Assembly (NCBI GenBank): GCA_963693365.1
Contig: CAVNZM010000001.1
Coordinates: forward strand, 7,270,907 to 7,334,906
DNA from: Amoebidium appalachense
Lineage: Eukaryota; Protista; Ichthyosporea
Direction of reading: 5' to 3'
Length of the DNA stretch: 64,000 nt
Positions 17,207 through 44,187 of this stretch are shown here, piece after piece. Positions within the stretch are counted from its first letter, which is position 1; the number at the start of each line of letters is the position of its first letter. The notes under the pieces were generated by a model. It searched no databases, was not told the DNA's origin, and saw nothing but the letters and a program-made list of their open reading frames with translations. The translations under genes were made by a program, and so were the position numbers.

Positions 17207-17351
17207 GGCATTAAGGAGAGAAGTTGGAATGTGACCGCAAAAACTGGACGTGTGTGATAATGTCGTGCTTTGTCTCGTCGTTGTTTGTTTGTTGTTATCG
17301 GTGGATTACTCTTGCAATGTCATACGTCCTTTCCCTCCTCATGCATACACT

Positions 17352-17388
<37 letters not shown>

Positions 17389-17742
17389 CCTATCCCCCAT
17401 CCCTTCCCTTTCCCCCTCCTCTCTTATGGCTGAAGCCCTCCGCTTTCCCCCCTCCCTCCTACTCCCCCCCCTCCTCCCCCTGCAGCCCCCCCCCCCCAAA
17501 AGAAAAAAAAAAAAGAGGGGGAGGGGGAGGGGGAGGAGAGAAGAAAATGAAAAAACACGAGCCTATTCACGCACTCACTCAACCCCCCCCCCCCCCCCCC
17601 CTCATCCTCTCCATTCCCTCCTTCTCATGCATATAGCATATTGATTAGTAATTAGTCATGGTACCGGATTAGAGTCACTTGTGAATAGTCGTGCACATAA
17701 AAAAACATGGATTTATTGTATTTATGAACGTAACCCCAAAAG

Positions 17743-17834
17743 CAAAGATTAGAAATAGAAGTCTGTGTTGGGTTTACACACTTTTTATTGCGTAAACCCA
17801 ACACAGACTTCTATTTCTAATCTTTGTCTGTGTT
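17743..17834. repeat. Perfect 35-bp inverted repeat with 14-nt loop; probable transposon excision/repair scar
   Basis: Arms are 17743-17777 and 17792-17826. GTCTGTGTT is directly repeated at 17761-17769 and 17826-17834. The central 24-mer GGGTTTACACACTTTTTATTGCGT recurs at 26922-26945. Confidence 0.8.
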
Positions 17835-18386
17835 AATATCTTAGGTAGTTATGTGATAGATAAACAAAAAGACTCAAAAATTCTGGAATGCGCTCTCGTA
17901 GCACCAATTGGTAAAAGGAATAGGATGCATTGCATATAAGCAATGTTCACTTTGGTGGATATAAAGTTTATATAGTATTAGAAATCCAAATGTATACTTA
18001 ACGCACTTTGTTGCTAGGCCCTTAAGCCTGAGTTGTTAAAAGTAACACTTTAAAAGGGAATACAGGTGTATATGTGTATGTGTATATCTAGATCCATATC
18101 TCTATCTATATGTATCTCCTCTATGTATACTAGGTTGTCTGTGATTATGTACATATACCCATGATGGGTGTAAGAGTTCATACCCGATTGAGAAACTATG
18201 TCCGTCCTAAATACAAGAAACTGCCAGAGTACGGACAACAGAGCCCCCTCCCCCCTCCCCCCCCCCCCCCCCCAAAAAAAAAAAATAAAATAAAATAAAA
18301 AGTAATAAGTACATACACCTATCCACCCATCCATCCACGTGTACACAAGGCAGCCACACGGACATGCACAGCCACACACATACACA

Positions 18387-18463
<77 letters not shown>

Positions 18464-18531
18464 CATACAAGCACGAACGATACACACGCGCGCACGCGGG
18501 GAGGGGGGGGGGGGGGGGGTGTTGGGAGGGG

Positions 18532-18578
<47 letters not shown>

Positions 18579-18688
18579 AGCTGGTCGGCCAGTATGACAA
18601 TAATGAGGTGATCATAGTATAAAACAACGTCGAGAAATAATTGAACCAAAAAGTCAATCTGCTGATGTTGTCGGCACCCAGATGTCAT

Positions 18689-18974
18689 TCATTGCTGGCT
18701 CCGGATTTGGGCCAAGGTCTGCGGTTAAAAACCAAATTATGGGTTAGGCTAGCTGATAACGCCCCCTTGAAGGGAGGGAGGGAGAGAGGGGATCAGGATC
18801 GGGGGGGAGGGGGGGGGGGAGGGGGGGAGGGGGAGGGGGGGAGGGGGGGGGATGGGAGATGCATCTGTCTTTTGCATCTTACCCTGTGGTTTTGTAAAAC
18901 TGTGCAGGCGTGCATCCATGCGTGCAAGCTTGGGTGTCACAAAGCACCTCTAGGGGGAGGGAGAATTGGGATTC

Positions 18975-19018
<44 letters not shown>

Positions 19019-19619
19019 GGAAGGAGGGGGGGGGGAGGGGGAGGGGGGGGAGGGGGGGGAGGGGGGAGAGGGGGAGAGGGGGGGGGGGAGAATAAAGGAT
19101 GTACATTTTCACCAGATTTGCCGCCATAGCATCCAGCAGTGATAGAAAGGTGGAGGTGGCAGGGGGTGGAAGATCCCAGGACTGAAGATCTGACCATGAG
19201 GTGCGGGCCTAGAGCACGTGTGTGTGTGCGTGTGTGCGTGCATGTGTGTGTGTGTGTGTGTTGGTACGCGTGCCCTTGTGTGTGTAGGCGTGTGTGCATG
19301 TGTTTTTGTGGGTGTGGATGTGGTTGAGTCTGTTTGTGTGCGCAACAGCATGTGGTGCTAGGGGTGGAAGCAGGAGGGCCGGGGGCTGGGGCGGGGGGAG
19401 TGGGGGGGGAGTGGGGGCAGGGCGGGGGGAGGGGGGAAGGGGGAGGGGGGGGGGGGGGACATATGTGTGCACGGTGTGCACATAAACACTTGGGGTTAGC
19501 ATGTATTGTATGTGTGATGTGGTGGTGGTAGAGAGGTGGTGAGCTCGGGCAACCACTTTGTGGGGCACAGATCAGATTATGGCATCTTCTCTGTAGGCCG
19601 TATAAAGAGAGTATGGGGC

Positions 19620-19650
<31 letters not shown>

Positions 19651-20286
19651 ATCTGCATCGAGAGCGGGGAGTGAGGGGGGGAGCGGGGCGCCGGGGGGGG
19701 GGGGGGGGGGGGGGGAGATATTTGCGCCTAGGGTGGAGGGGGATTGGGGAGGGGGGGGAGGGGGGAGAGGGGAATCCGGGCCTAGAGTGGGAGAGGTGGG
19801 AGGGTGGGGGGAGGGTGGGGGGAGGTTTTGAACTATAACCGGGAATAATAGTTACAAGTCAGCAAATGTGAGGAAATGTTGACGTGCATGAGAAACGGAG
19901 AAACGGCGAGGGCAATAACGGGGGGAGGGGGGGGTTGGGGCACACACACACGCACACACGCACACACACCTTCCTCTCCTCCTTCATGGCCCTGTCCTCA
20001 TACCCTCTGACAAGGTACCACATCCGCAGCTCCACATGTTCTTGCACCTGATTGGTCAATAATTCAGCCAGCCAGCCAATCAGAAAACAGTACTTGATGG
20101 GAGTAAAAGAAGTGTAGAGATTTAGACGGTTCAGCTGTGGTACCTGTTTTATGTTTGCTCTTGATTCCTAACTGGCAAGCCCGAGGCATGGAAGGAGTGT
20201 GAGATTTGTGAAAATCTCCCCCCTCCCCCCTCCCCCCTCTCCCTCCCTCCCCCGCTTTTGTTTGTGTATGTGTGGGCGGGGCGCGG

Positions 20287-20346
<60 letters not shown>

Positions 20347-20582
20347 AACCTGAGAATACACGTTGTAAAACTTGCGAACTTCTTTGACGTAATGCGGAAC
20401 AACGGATGGGTCGACATAGACTTCGGGAAAGAACCACATTGTGTAGTTGCACACACGTATATCCTTGCGTAGATCGTGCACCTGTGTGGGTGTGTGGGTG
20501 GATGGGTGGATGGGTTCATGGGTGAGCGTGTTAAAAGAGTGTGGGTGGGTGTGTGTGTGTGCGCGCTTGTGGGTGTGTGTGG

Positions 20583-20619
<37 letters not shown>

Positions 20620-20652
20620 TGTGTGTTTGTGTTTGTGTGTGTGTGCGTGTGT

Positions 20653-20684
<32 letters not shown>

Positions 20685-21206
20685 CTCTGTGTGTGTGTAT
20701 CTGTGTTTGAGTCCGTGCTTGTGTCCGTGTGTGTGTGTGTGCACGTGCGTGCGTGCATGTGCGTGTGTGTTAAGCCTTGGGGTGCATGCGGTGTGTTCGT
20801 TCCTCGGTAGTAGGAGGTTGTGTGTGTGCATGTTCGTGTGCCTGTACTTGCTCGGTTTCTTGAGTACCTGTTGTCGTGGCACATCCCCCCCCCTTCCCCT
20901 CCCCCTGCCCTCCCTCACACACACGTAAACACACACACACACTTCAGGTGGGGGGTTTTACCTGCGGCAAATTTTCCACCACTTGGTCTTCTGTCCAGTT
21001 ACGAAGTGCAGACCAGCCCTCCTTGACGGTTTGGATGTAGGTCTGGGGGGATCAATTGGGTTCTTACTATCAGATATGATATGCCATTCAGGCTGGGGGA
21101 GAGGAGGGCAGGCGTGCGGGCGTGCAGGCCCGCGGAGGGGGGAACGGGGGGAGGGGGGGGGGGATGAAGTAGATCTTCTTGTTCCCGTTAGAATCTGGAG
21201 AAAGAA

Positions 21207-21237
<31 letters not shown>

Positions 21238-22393
21238 CGTTGTGTCGTTGTGTCGTTGTTGTTGTTGCTGTTGTTGCTGTAGTCGTTTTGGGAAGGGGGG
21301 GGGGGGGGGGAGGGGGGGGGGGAGGGGGGGGGGGGGGGGGGGGAGGGGGGGGGCAATAACGCTGGCTTCACTATAGATCAAAGAGATCTAAAAAAACAGT
21401 CAACTCAATTATAGAGCAAATTCAACAGGAAGCCTCAAGGAAAGCAATAAAGATATGCAGGGCAGTAATATGCATCAGGTTCCAGGGGGGGGGGGGGGGG
21501 GGGGACAGGGGGGGGAGGCGGGGGGAAGGCTGTAAAGGGAAAGGATCTCCTCCTTCCCCTCCCCCCCTCCCCCCCCTTCCCCTCCTTTTTTTTGGGGGGA
21601 GGGGGGGGGGGTTTGAAAGAAAGAGGGGGGGGGGGGGGGGGGGGGGGGGATGGGGGGATGGGGGGAAAGTGGTGATGGGGGGGGGGGCTTAACCCTGGTA
21701 AGCACAGCCATGTTCTGTATTCCCGTCAGATTTGCCGTTGGAATGCCAGTTGGAGCAGACCCCCAAAACCTCTTTGCTTGCATTTGGCGCATGTGCACAT
21801 AGAGCTGGTCGGTGCTGGGGTGTGCTAGAACCACCTTCCATCTGAAATATAAGAATAAGAACATGGAAGACCCAACCACTTTCCCTTTCCTTCTAGATGT
21901 GCAAGTTAGCAGGAACACTTGTTATGAATGTACAATAGTTCCTATAGGTTGCTGAAGATGTCTATCGATCAATCAAAATAACGTAAGTGGAATGCCTTAC
22001 AATTGATACCATCTGATACTCGTCCTCATGAAATGAAGGGGTTCTATGTTGTAGGTGGTTTTCTTTTACACAAGACTAGGTATGTTAATGGTACTATGAT
22101 TGTCATTCAATTCTCGTGTGCCCACCTAAGGAGCACCACACATACACATAACACACCCGCACGTACGGGCATCTGCACCCACTAGCCACAGAAAGGGCAG
22201 ATATCTGATTTTGTTTTTTACAACACTTAAATACTGCTCCAAAAACAACGCCAAAACATAGACCGTATAAGCCTAACCTGATCTTAAAATCCCATTTGCA
22301 CCAAAACGTTAGCAAACCAACATCAAAACGCAGCTTTATTTGAGAGTAGAATCCCCCCCCCCCCCCCCCCCGGTCCCCTCCCCCCCCACCCCA

Positions 22394-22446
<53 letters not shown>

Positions 22447-22677
22447 GTTTGAGCGAGCGGCATGCACGTATTTCTGCAGTTCCCTCCGCACCATTTTTCG
22501 ATGCCGATCAATCTTGTGTTCACTCACATGAAGGTCTTTGTAGTCGTTGAAGCGGCCTGTGGGCAAACATATTTAAGAAGTGTGGGTCTAAAGACGTGAC
22601 GCGAAGGTGGAGTGGTGAGATGGGGGTAAAGTCGTATGTGTGTGTGTGCGCGCATAGAGGGGTAGAGGTGGGGTGAG

Positions 22678-22737
<60 letters not shown>

Positions 22738-23015
22738 TATTGAGGGTGAAGGAAGATAGAGAGGGTGGGACGGAGAGGGAAGGCTGGGGAGGGGGAAAGG
22801 GGGAGGGGGGAGGGGGGAGAGGGGGACGGAGGTGGAGGGGGCAGGGGGACAGGAAGGGTGCATTTTGTTTTTGTTTTTGTTTTTGTTTTTTTGTTTTTTT
22901 TGGGGGGGGGGGGGGGGGGGGGGAGGGGGGGGGGGGGGGCGGGGGGGGTTTGAGCAAGCATGCCAGGAAATGTTAAAGATAGTGGAGCATTTGAATTAAG
23001 TCGCTTTGCCCGCGA

Positions 23016-23051
<36 letters not shown>

Positions 23052-23488
23052 GATAATGACGAAGGTGGGGTAGCGGTTTACAGATTCTGATACACGCGGG
23101 GTGTATAATAGGAAGCAGAACCAAGGGGTTGGCGGGAGGGACTGTGGGGAATACTCCCCACGAGCAAGAACAGGGCGTCGAACAAAAGCATGGGAGGAAT
23201 ATGATATTGGTCTAGCGGGGGGGGGGGGAAGGAGGGGGGAGGGGGGTTGGCTGGGGGGGAGGGGGGAGGTGGGTGAGTTGTGCTTCAAGTATACCCTATT
23301 ATGGGGGGGCCCTAGCGGAGTGGGGGCTGCTGAGTGTTTGGGGAATGGTATTAGTATGCGTGTGTGTGTGTGTTTGGGGGGGGGGGGGGGTTGTAATGTG
23401 TGTGCGGGTGTGTGTGCCTGTCTTTTCTTTCTTTCTTTTTTTTTTTTTTTTGTGTGTGTGTGTGTGTGCGTGTGTGTGTGTGCGTGTG

Positions 23489-23542
<54 letters not shown>

Positions 23543-23608
23543 TGTGTGTGTGTCTGTGTGCATGTGTGTGCCTGTGTGTGTGTGTGTGCATGTGTGTGCA
23601 TGTGTGTG

Positions 23609-23643
<35 letters not shown>

Positions 23644-23683
23644 ATGCGTGCGTGTGTGCGTGTGCGTGTGCGTGCGTGCGCAC

Positions 23684-23714
<31 letters not shown>

Positions 23715-23740
23715 TGTTTGTTTGGTTTTTCTTTTTTTTT

Positions 23741-23772
<32 letters not shown>

Positions 23773-25004
23773 GGAGGGATATGGTTTAACCGATATCATG
23801 ATGCAGCACAGAAAGATTCCCTCGTGCCTCGGTCAGAGGGTTGCTGTGATTGGCTGAGGGAGGCGGATAAGCAAAGGCAAAGAGGTCGATGTAGTCCCGG
23901 GCCTGCTCCACTCTCTGTTGGCCCCAACACATTTTAACCCTTCCCCCGTACCCTAACCCCTTCCCCCCCCCCCCCTCCCCCCCCCCCCCCCCCCTCAACC
24001 CGCCCACCCTGCCGCACCCCCCCATCCCTCCGGCGACCACTGGCCACATGCCATTTTACACACCATTTCTCCGTGCGCGCTCAGACTTCCCGTGAATTCT
24101 TGCTAGATCAAATGAAGCAAAACAGAAAGGAGCTTTGTAATGGGATGGGAAGACTATGATAGTGGTTTCGTCCCGGGCCCTTTTTCTTTTTCATTCTTTC
24201 CCGTCTAAAGGAGGGGAGAAAGAGTGGGAGCCGAAAGGGGGGGGAGGGTGGGGGGGTCAGGGAAACAAGAGATGTGGAAGAAGGGGGGAAGGGGGGGAGG
24301 TGATACGGGGCTAAGAGAAAGATTCTCGGAGGGACACCCCGGGAATTCAGGGATGGATTGGATTGGGTAGGGAAAGGAACTGGTTAAAAAGAGTTGAAAG
24401 GCCAAAAAACTAGACGAAGAAGCATCCTTTCATGCTTTTATCAAACCAATCACGGAGAGAGGGGGAAAGGGGGGATGCGAGGAGGGAAGAGAGAAGATGT
24501 GGGTTAGGTGGGTGCATGAGTCGTGGTGGTGGAGGTGGTGGTGGTGGTGTGTGTGTGGGGAGGGAAGGGTGTTGGGGTGGAGGGGGGAAAGAGAGAGGGG
24601 GGGGGGGAGGTAAAAAAAATGATGTCACACACCTTTCTCAAATCTTTTGGTATGAACTCACCAGGGACCATTCTTTCCGGACTCTCGATCCATTTTTGCG
24701 CAAAAATGGACACGTTGACCAATGAAGCCCACACCCTCATCTCGGCCAACTCACCATACGTGCACGCCCTTACGTCATCTTGGCAACCGGAATGTACGTT
24801 TTGCACAGGTGGTAGTTTTTGCACAGGAAATATGGTTTGAAACATCATAGATTGTGTGGGTGGGTGTTGGGCATTACCCGTGATCCCTGCCAGGGTAAAA
24901 GTAATTTTAGTAAAATTGGTATTTACTAGGGCCTTCCTTTTTGTCTTTCGAGTCATCTGCAGCCACGCTGGCGGCCCAGGCTCTCATTCTCTCTCCGTCT
25001 ATCC

Positions 25005-25037
<33 letters not shown>

Positions 25038-25683
25038 ACATACACACACATATCCATATACACTGCGACATGCACCGCCCCAAATACCTTCCCCTCCCCC
25101 CCCTCCCCCTCCGTCCTCTTCCCAACTACGTACATACGCCCCCACCCCGCCTTTGATGCCAGAAAGCCTTACGCATCTTCCCCTTCATGTATACATCTAT
25201 GTTTGTCTTTATCTAGTACTGATGTTCAGCGCAATCATTTTTTCCTCACCTCCACTGAGGATCCTCAGCATGTTTGCTATTATCCTTCAGAGTTTGATTT
25301 GTTTTTGTAAGAGCCTATAGTAGCCCTCCTACTGCTAGCATGAAAGGTAGTATACTTGTACTGCTTGCACATGAAGGTGTAAGCGCTATGTGCAAAATGG
25401 ATAGTCACGTGCCTGATAACATGATGCCCAAATTAGGGAATAGCCGGATGGTCGTGATTTGCTGTTGGCCACCTTCTGCCCCAGAGCCATGCCCTGCCAA
25501 TTGTGGATTTGGCCCTCGTGCAGCTGCTGTATTCTTGATACACAACACATGAAATAGACGGACTTCATTTACCCAGAGGAATAAGAATGATACAAGGAGA
25601 ATGAAACACCAACACGAGAAGGATAAAGGGGAAAGCAATCCCTTCCGCAACACTGTCTCATTTTTGGAAGACATTTTCAACAT
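18689..25683 (-). CDS. Type II membrane glycoprotein of unknown function (~441 aa)
   Basis: Ten exons in phase: 25683-25413, 24886-24633, 23914-23791, 22556-22445, 21841-21694, 21042-20962, 20481-20350, 20047-19970, 19208-19113, 18718-18689. There is an N-terminal TM segment (LSFSCWCFILLVSFLFLWV) and seven lumenal N-x-S/T sequons. Intron 1 needs a GC donor; the last two exons are less certain. Confidence 0.75.
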
Positions 25684-26415
25684 GCATGTGGTGCACTCAG
25701 TGTGTTTTGTAGTCTAAGAATAGTGCAAAATTTTAAATGGAGTAAGCGGTGGTCAAACGTTTGATGCCCTGTCTTTTCTCGTGGAGGGATGAAACAGGTG
25801 AATGGTACTGAATGCAAACCTGAGATCACAAACTGATGAAGAACAGGAAATGAAAAGGAAATCCAAACAAGTCTGCTTGCTCACTGTAGTAGGTCCTGCG
25901 AACTCGAGACCTTACTGAGCCCACCGTGAACTTCGAAGCACACGTACACAAATGTAATCTTCTTGTTGTAGTTGAGTAAGTAATAAAAACACAAGCGAAT
26001 CCGAAAACTTTAACCCAGGGTCTGCAAATCTACAGAAGCCTGATTGATCACTTCGTCAAATCACGGGTGAACAGAGTACGAGGACATTTCGTTTTGTCGG
26101 GGTGCGTATCTGGGTGCCTGCCTATGTACTTGCCTTTGCAAAGAAGGTGTGCACACGCTCAAAACATCTGCTCGTTCTTATGTCAAGCAGCTGTTCTTAC
26201 AAGAGCACTTTGCGATGCTAAGCTGCAAGGGCTTCGTGCAAAAGAGAACGTCACAACAAGGTCAACGTTTGACAGGTACCTGCTCTTGCTCAAGTACGTT
26301 GCACCGAGCCACCGACTTGTAGATTCCGGGGCTCCAATCATAACCAGCTAAGCCGCCCTATATTTAGCAAATCTGTTGACCAATCAATCAAGTATAAGTC
26401 ATTATAGCACAGCAC

Positions 26416-26730
26416 CAGGGCTGGGGCTGGGGGCAGCCCAAACCGCAACTTTTTCGGGCTGGAAACAGGTTGTGTTGGGCTGGCTGAACTACGATATATG
26501 GCAGGTCTGTTTGCGCAAATAGCATATAGGAATGGTGGGCTTCAGAGGGATTTTGGTCTTTTGGGGCGGTACTATAGGGTCGCAACTAGCATTTAAAGGG
26601 GGTTACAGGAGGGTCCCAGCCCAAACACCTCTAGCCCAACCCTTTTACCTTTCGGGCTGGTCTGGTCAGCCCTAACCAAAACGTTTTTCGGGCTGGTCCG
26701 GGCTGACCAGACCAGACCGCCCCAGCGCTG
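26416..26730. mobile_element. hAT-superfamily MITE (315 bp)
   Basis: 8-bp TSD CACAGCAC at 26408-26415 and 26731-26738. TIRs are CAGGGCTGGGGC / GCCCCAGCGCTG (11/12 match). Internal subterminal repeats CAGCCC and TTCGGGCTGG. Confidence 0.85.
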
Positions 26731-26921
26731 CACAGCACCGTGACCGTGGTGCGTCGGACGGTCGGTGGCCCATGTGCGTTGTGCAAGCTCGAGCCAGGAC
26801 TGCCGTGCTCAACGGAAAGCGAAATCGCTTATTTTCTAAGACCTAGGGTTCGTTGAAATCGAATATACTATCAATACCCTGCGAAAATTATATGTAATTC
26901 TTTCTCAGCCCTCTGTTTTCG

Positions 26922-26945
26922 GGGTTTACACACTTTTTATTGCGT
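26922..26945 (+). repeat. Transposon-end-like 24-mer (MULE-like TIR?)
   Basis: Identical to 17770-17793. A diverged copy GGGTTTACATACTTTTTGACTGCG lies at 27178-27201 in the same orientation. No matching opposite end was found. Confidence 0.45.
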
Positions 26946-27476
26946 GGACACTGCCGGAGGCCCATTTTCGAGCATTTCCGAGGGAGATCATGCGGCCGGG
27001 CCGGCCGCCGGTTCAACTTCCGTTACACTGTGAGTGACCAGTCAGATATCAGCAAGTATACTCACTGCGCTGGAATATGCATGACATTTATGTGTTTTCT
27101 TGTAAGTTTGAGTTAAAAAAATATACACACGGAGCTGTACCTTTGGTACAGAAAGCTTTTTTGTAGCTGGGTGAATGGGGTTTACATACTTTTTGACTGC
27201 GGCGCGCGCCGGCCTCTTCGCCAAAACACAATATATAAAATTTGTACGATTGGTTTGTAATTGGCCACCTAGCGACCTATGTTTTGATTGGACCAGATTG
27301 CACCACAGGTGGTGCGTGTGTTCGTATGGTGTGTCGAGCGAGCAAAACACACGTCTGCCCATCCGTCTGCCTGGAAGCACGCGTGTGCCTGCACCTATGA
27401 CTCTGTGTCCTTGTGTGTGTGTGTGTGTGCCACTGTGCGTGCGTTGTTTGGCGTGTAAATATCGTTGAAAGCGTGC

Positions 27477-32891
<5,415 letters not shown>

Positions 32892-33069
32892 AAACACACA
32901 ACAAAAAGGGTGCATATGGTGTGGTTGTGTGTGTGTCGTGTCTGTAACAATTTGTTGCAAAGCTTGATGTATGTGTAGGCATATCAAGAACCCCTTATAT
33001 GGTTATTGGGGATGGCTAAGAAATAAGACACTCGTATATAGGCAAAGCGATTGGCCCCGATTTCAATCG

Positions 33070-33585
33070 GACTTCATATTAACGTCCTACCCCAAAATAC
33101 CAGCTGACATCGTATAACCCCGGCATGTAACCGTGTAGATAAGATAGCACGGTGATCACAGTGAGACTTTTGAAAAATAGAGCCTTAGGGTGGGTGGGTG
33201 GGTAGGTTGGGGAGAGAGGGGGGGGGGGGGGGGGGGGGGTATGCCTAGGCGGGTTATGGGCCTCGGAAAACCGATTGAAGTTACTATCTTGGATGGATAG
33301 AGCTGGTGTGAGATAGCAGATTTGGCTGGCCTCACAGTAGGCAAATTCCGGATTGCATATCTCTATCAGCAGATATATTAGTAATTTTTATGCATCGCAC
33401 TATATGCCCGATAGCCGCATACATATGAAGTACATAGGCGGTTCCCTTGAATAGCATGATTATATCCCATAATGTTGCAATGATCGATTTGATACAACTT
33501 AAAATAACAAACTCTATGGAAACAAAAACGTCGAGAGTCTATCTTAGATGGCCGACACTGGTGAGTGTCATGACAGGCAAGAGCT

Positions 33586-33621
<36 letters not shown>

Positions 33622-33755
33622 GAGAGTAGGAGGGCAGGGGAAAAAGAGGGGGCTGGTGTAAGCATTTCTCGGCCCAAACACGCTTTCGATAGGGAGAAAA
33701 GCATGTGTGTTTGTTTATATGTGTGTGTGTTGGGTCGGGGGTCGGGGGGGGGGGT

Positions 33756-33791
<36 letters not shown>

Positions 33792-34013
33792 TAGAAGGCG
33801 TTATAAAACAGAAGTACACACACATTCATGACGCAGACTGCAAAGTACACATACGGGGGAGGGGGGGCTTTGATACCGCCTATGATTAGAGTCCTTTAGA
33901 ATTACGACCGAGGGAATAGGCGGAAAGGTTTTTCTTTCTTGCTTTCTCAGTTTCTTTCTTTCTCTCTCTCTCTCTCTCTCTCTTTTTTGGTGTGTGGGGG
34001 GGGGGGGGAGGAA

Positions 34014-34049
<36 letters not shown>

Positions 34050-34107
34050 GGGAGGAACGGGACAGCCACATGGGAACGGGAGCGACACATTGGGAACACA
34101 CACACAC
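33070..34107 (+). repeat. Unclassified interspersed repeat, long copy
   Basis: Its first ~180 bp and last ~55 bp match 35412-35649 in reverse complement. It ends GGGAAC(AC)n. No TIR or TSD was seen. Confidence 0.65.
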
Positions 34108-34478
34108 ATAACTCTTGTGCAGAATTCGTTTGTTTTGTCATGTTGCTCGCATTATCTTAAACAGCTTTATCATATCTAATCAACCCCAGCCCTATCACAT
34201 ACCGGGAAGAGTTAAGTACCCGTTCATGCATATATGCCTAAGCCTTTCGCCTCTCTGATTCAGCAATTTTGAAAATTTCACGCATATTTCTACTATAATC
34301 ATCGCATTCGAACTGCCCTCCAAAATAAAGGCTCCATACACTTGCCTGGCCAAAGAAAGCAACGAATTCTATAGCAAATATCTTCCATTAGCGTCAAGAA
34401 AAAACGTACGGATCCTTAGAACAACCCTGCATTAGCTATTTACTAAAGGCAGTATTCCTAACTGAACATATCGCGTAC

Positions 34479-34509
<31 letters not shown>

Positions 34510-34649
34510 AAAAAAAAAAAAAAAACTCTTGCCAACCTATAAGAAAGGTACACATATCATACTGCCATATACTATCAGCCATCCAAATTTCCGTACCCAA
34601 AATAAAACCCAAATTTAACCCTTGATCAGATAGCGCATGATCAGACAAA

Positions 34650-43936
<9,287 letters not shown>

Positions 43937-44187
43937 TTTCTAATATAGATATAAGATAAGGCGAAGTGATGTAAGACTGTTTAGAGTTATAAAACTGCAA
44001 GTTTTTTAAGCCATGAAAACAAAACTTCGTTTGGCACAGAAATTGCTCAGCTTGAACCAGTGTCTGTTGGGATTTGGTCGGATCGAAATTGGGTGCACTA
44101 CAGGCTGAACCAATCAAATGTCGGACCAAGATTGCAAATCCGCTTTTGAAATCCCTCAAGACTTGTGGCGTTCCAGAAAACTTAGAA

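Noticed and set aside
17770-26945. 9-kb gene-capturing element bounded by the 24-bp direct repeats
   Set aside because: The repeats are in the same orientation, the left one has its own local 9-bp duplication, and the enclosed gene has ordinary host-type introns.
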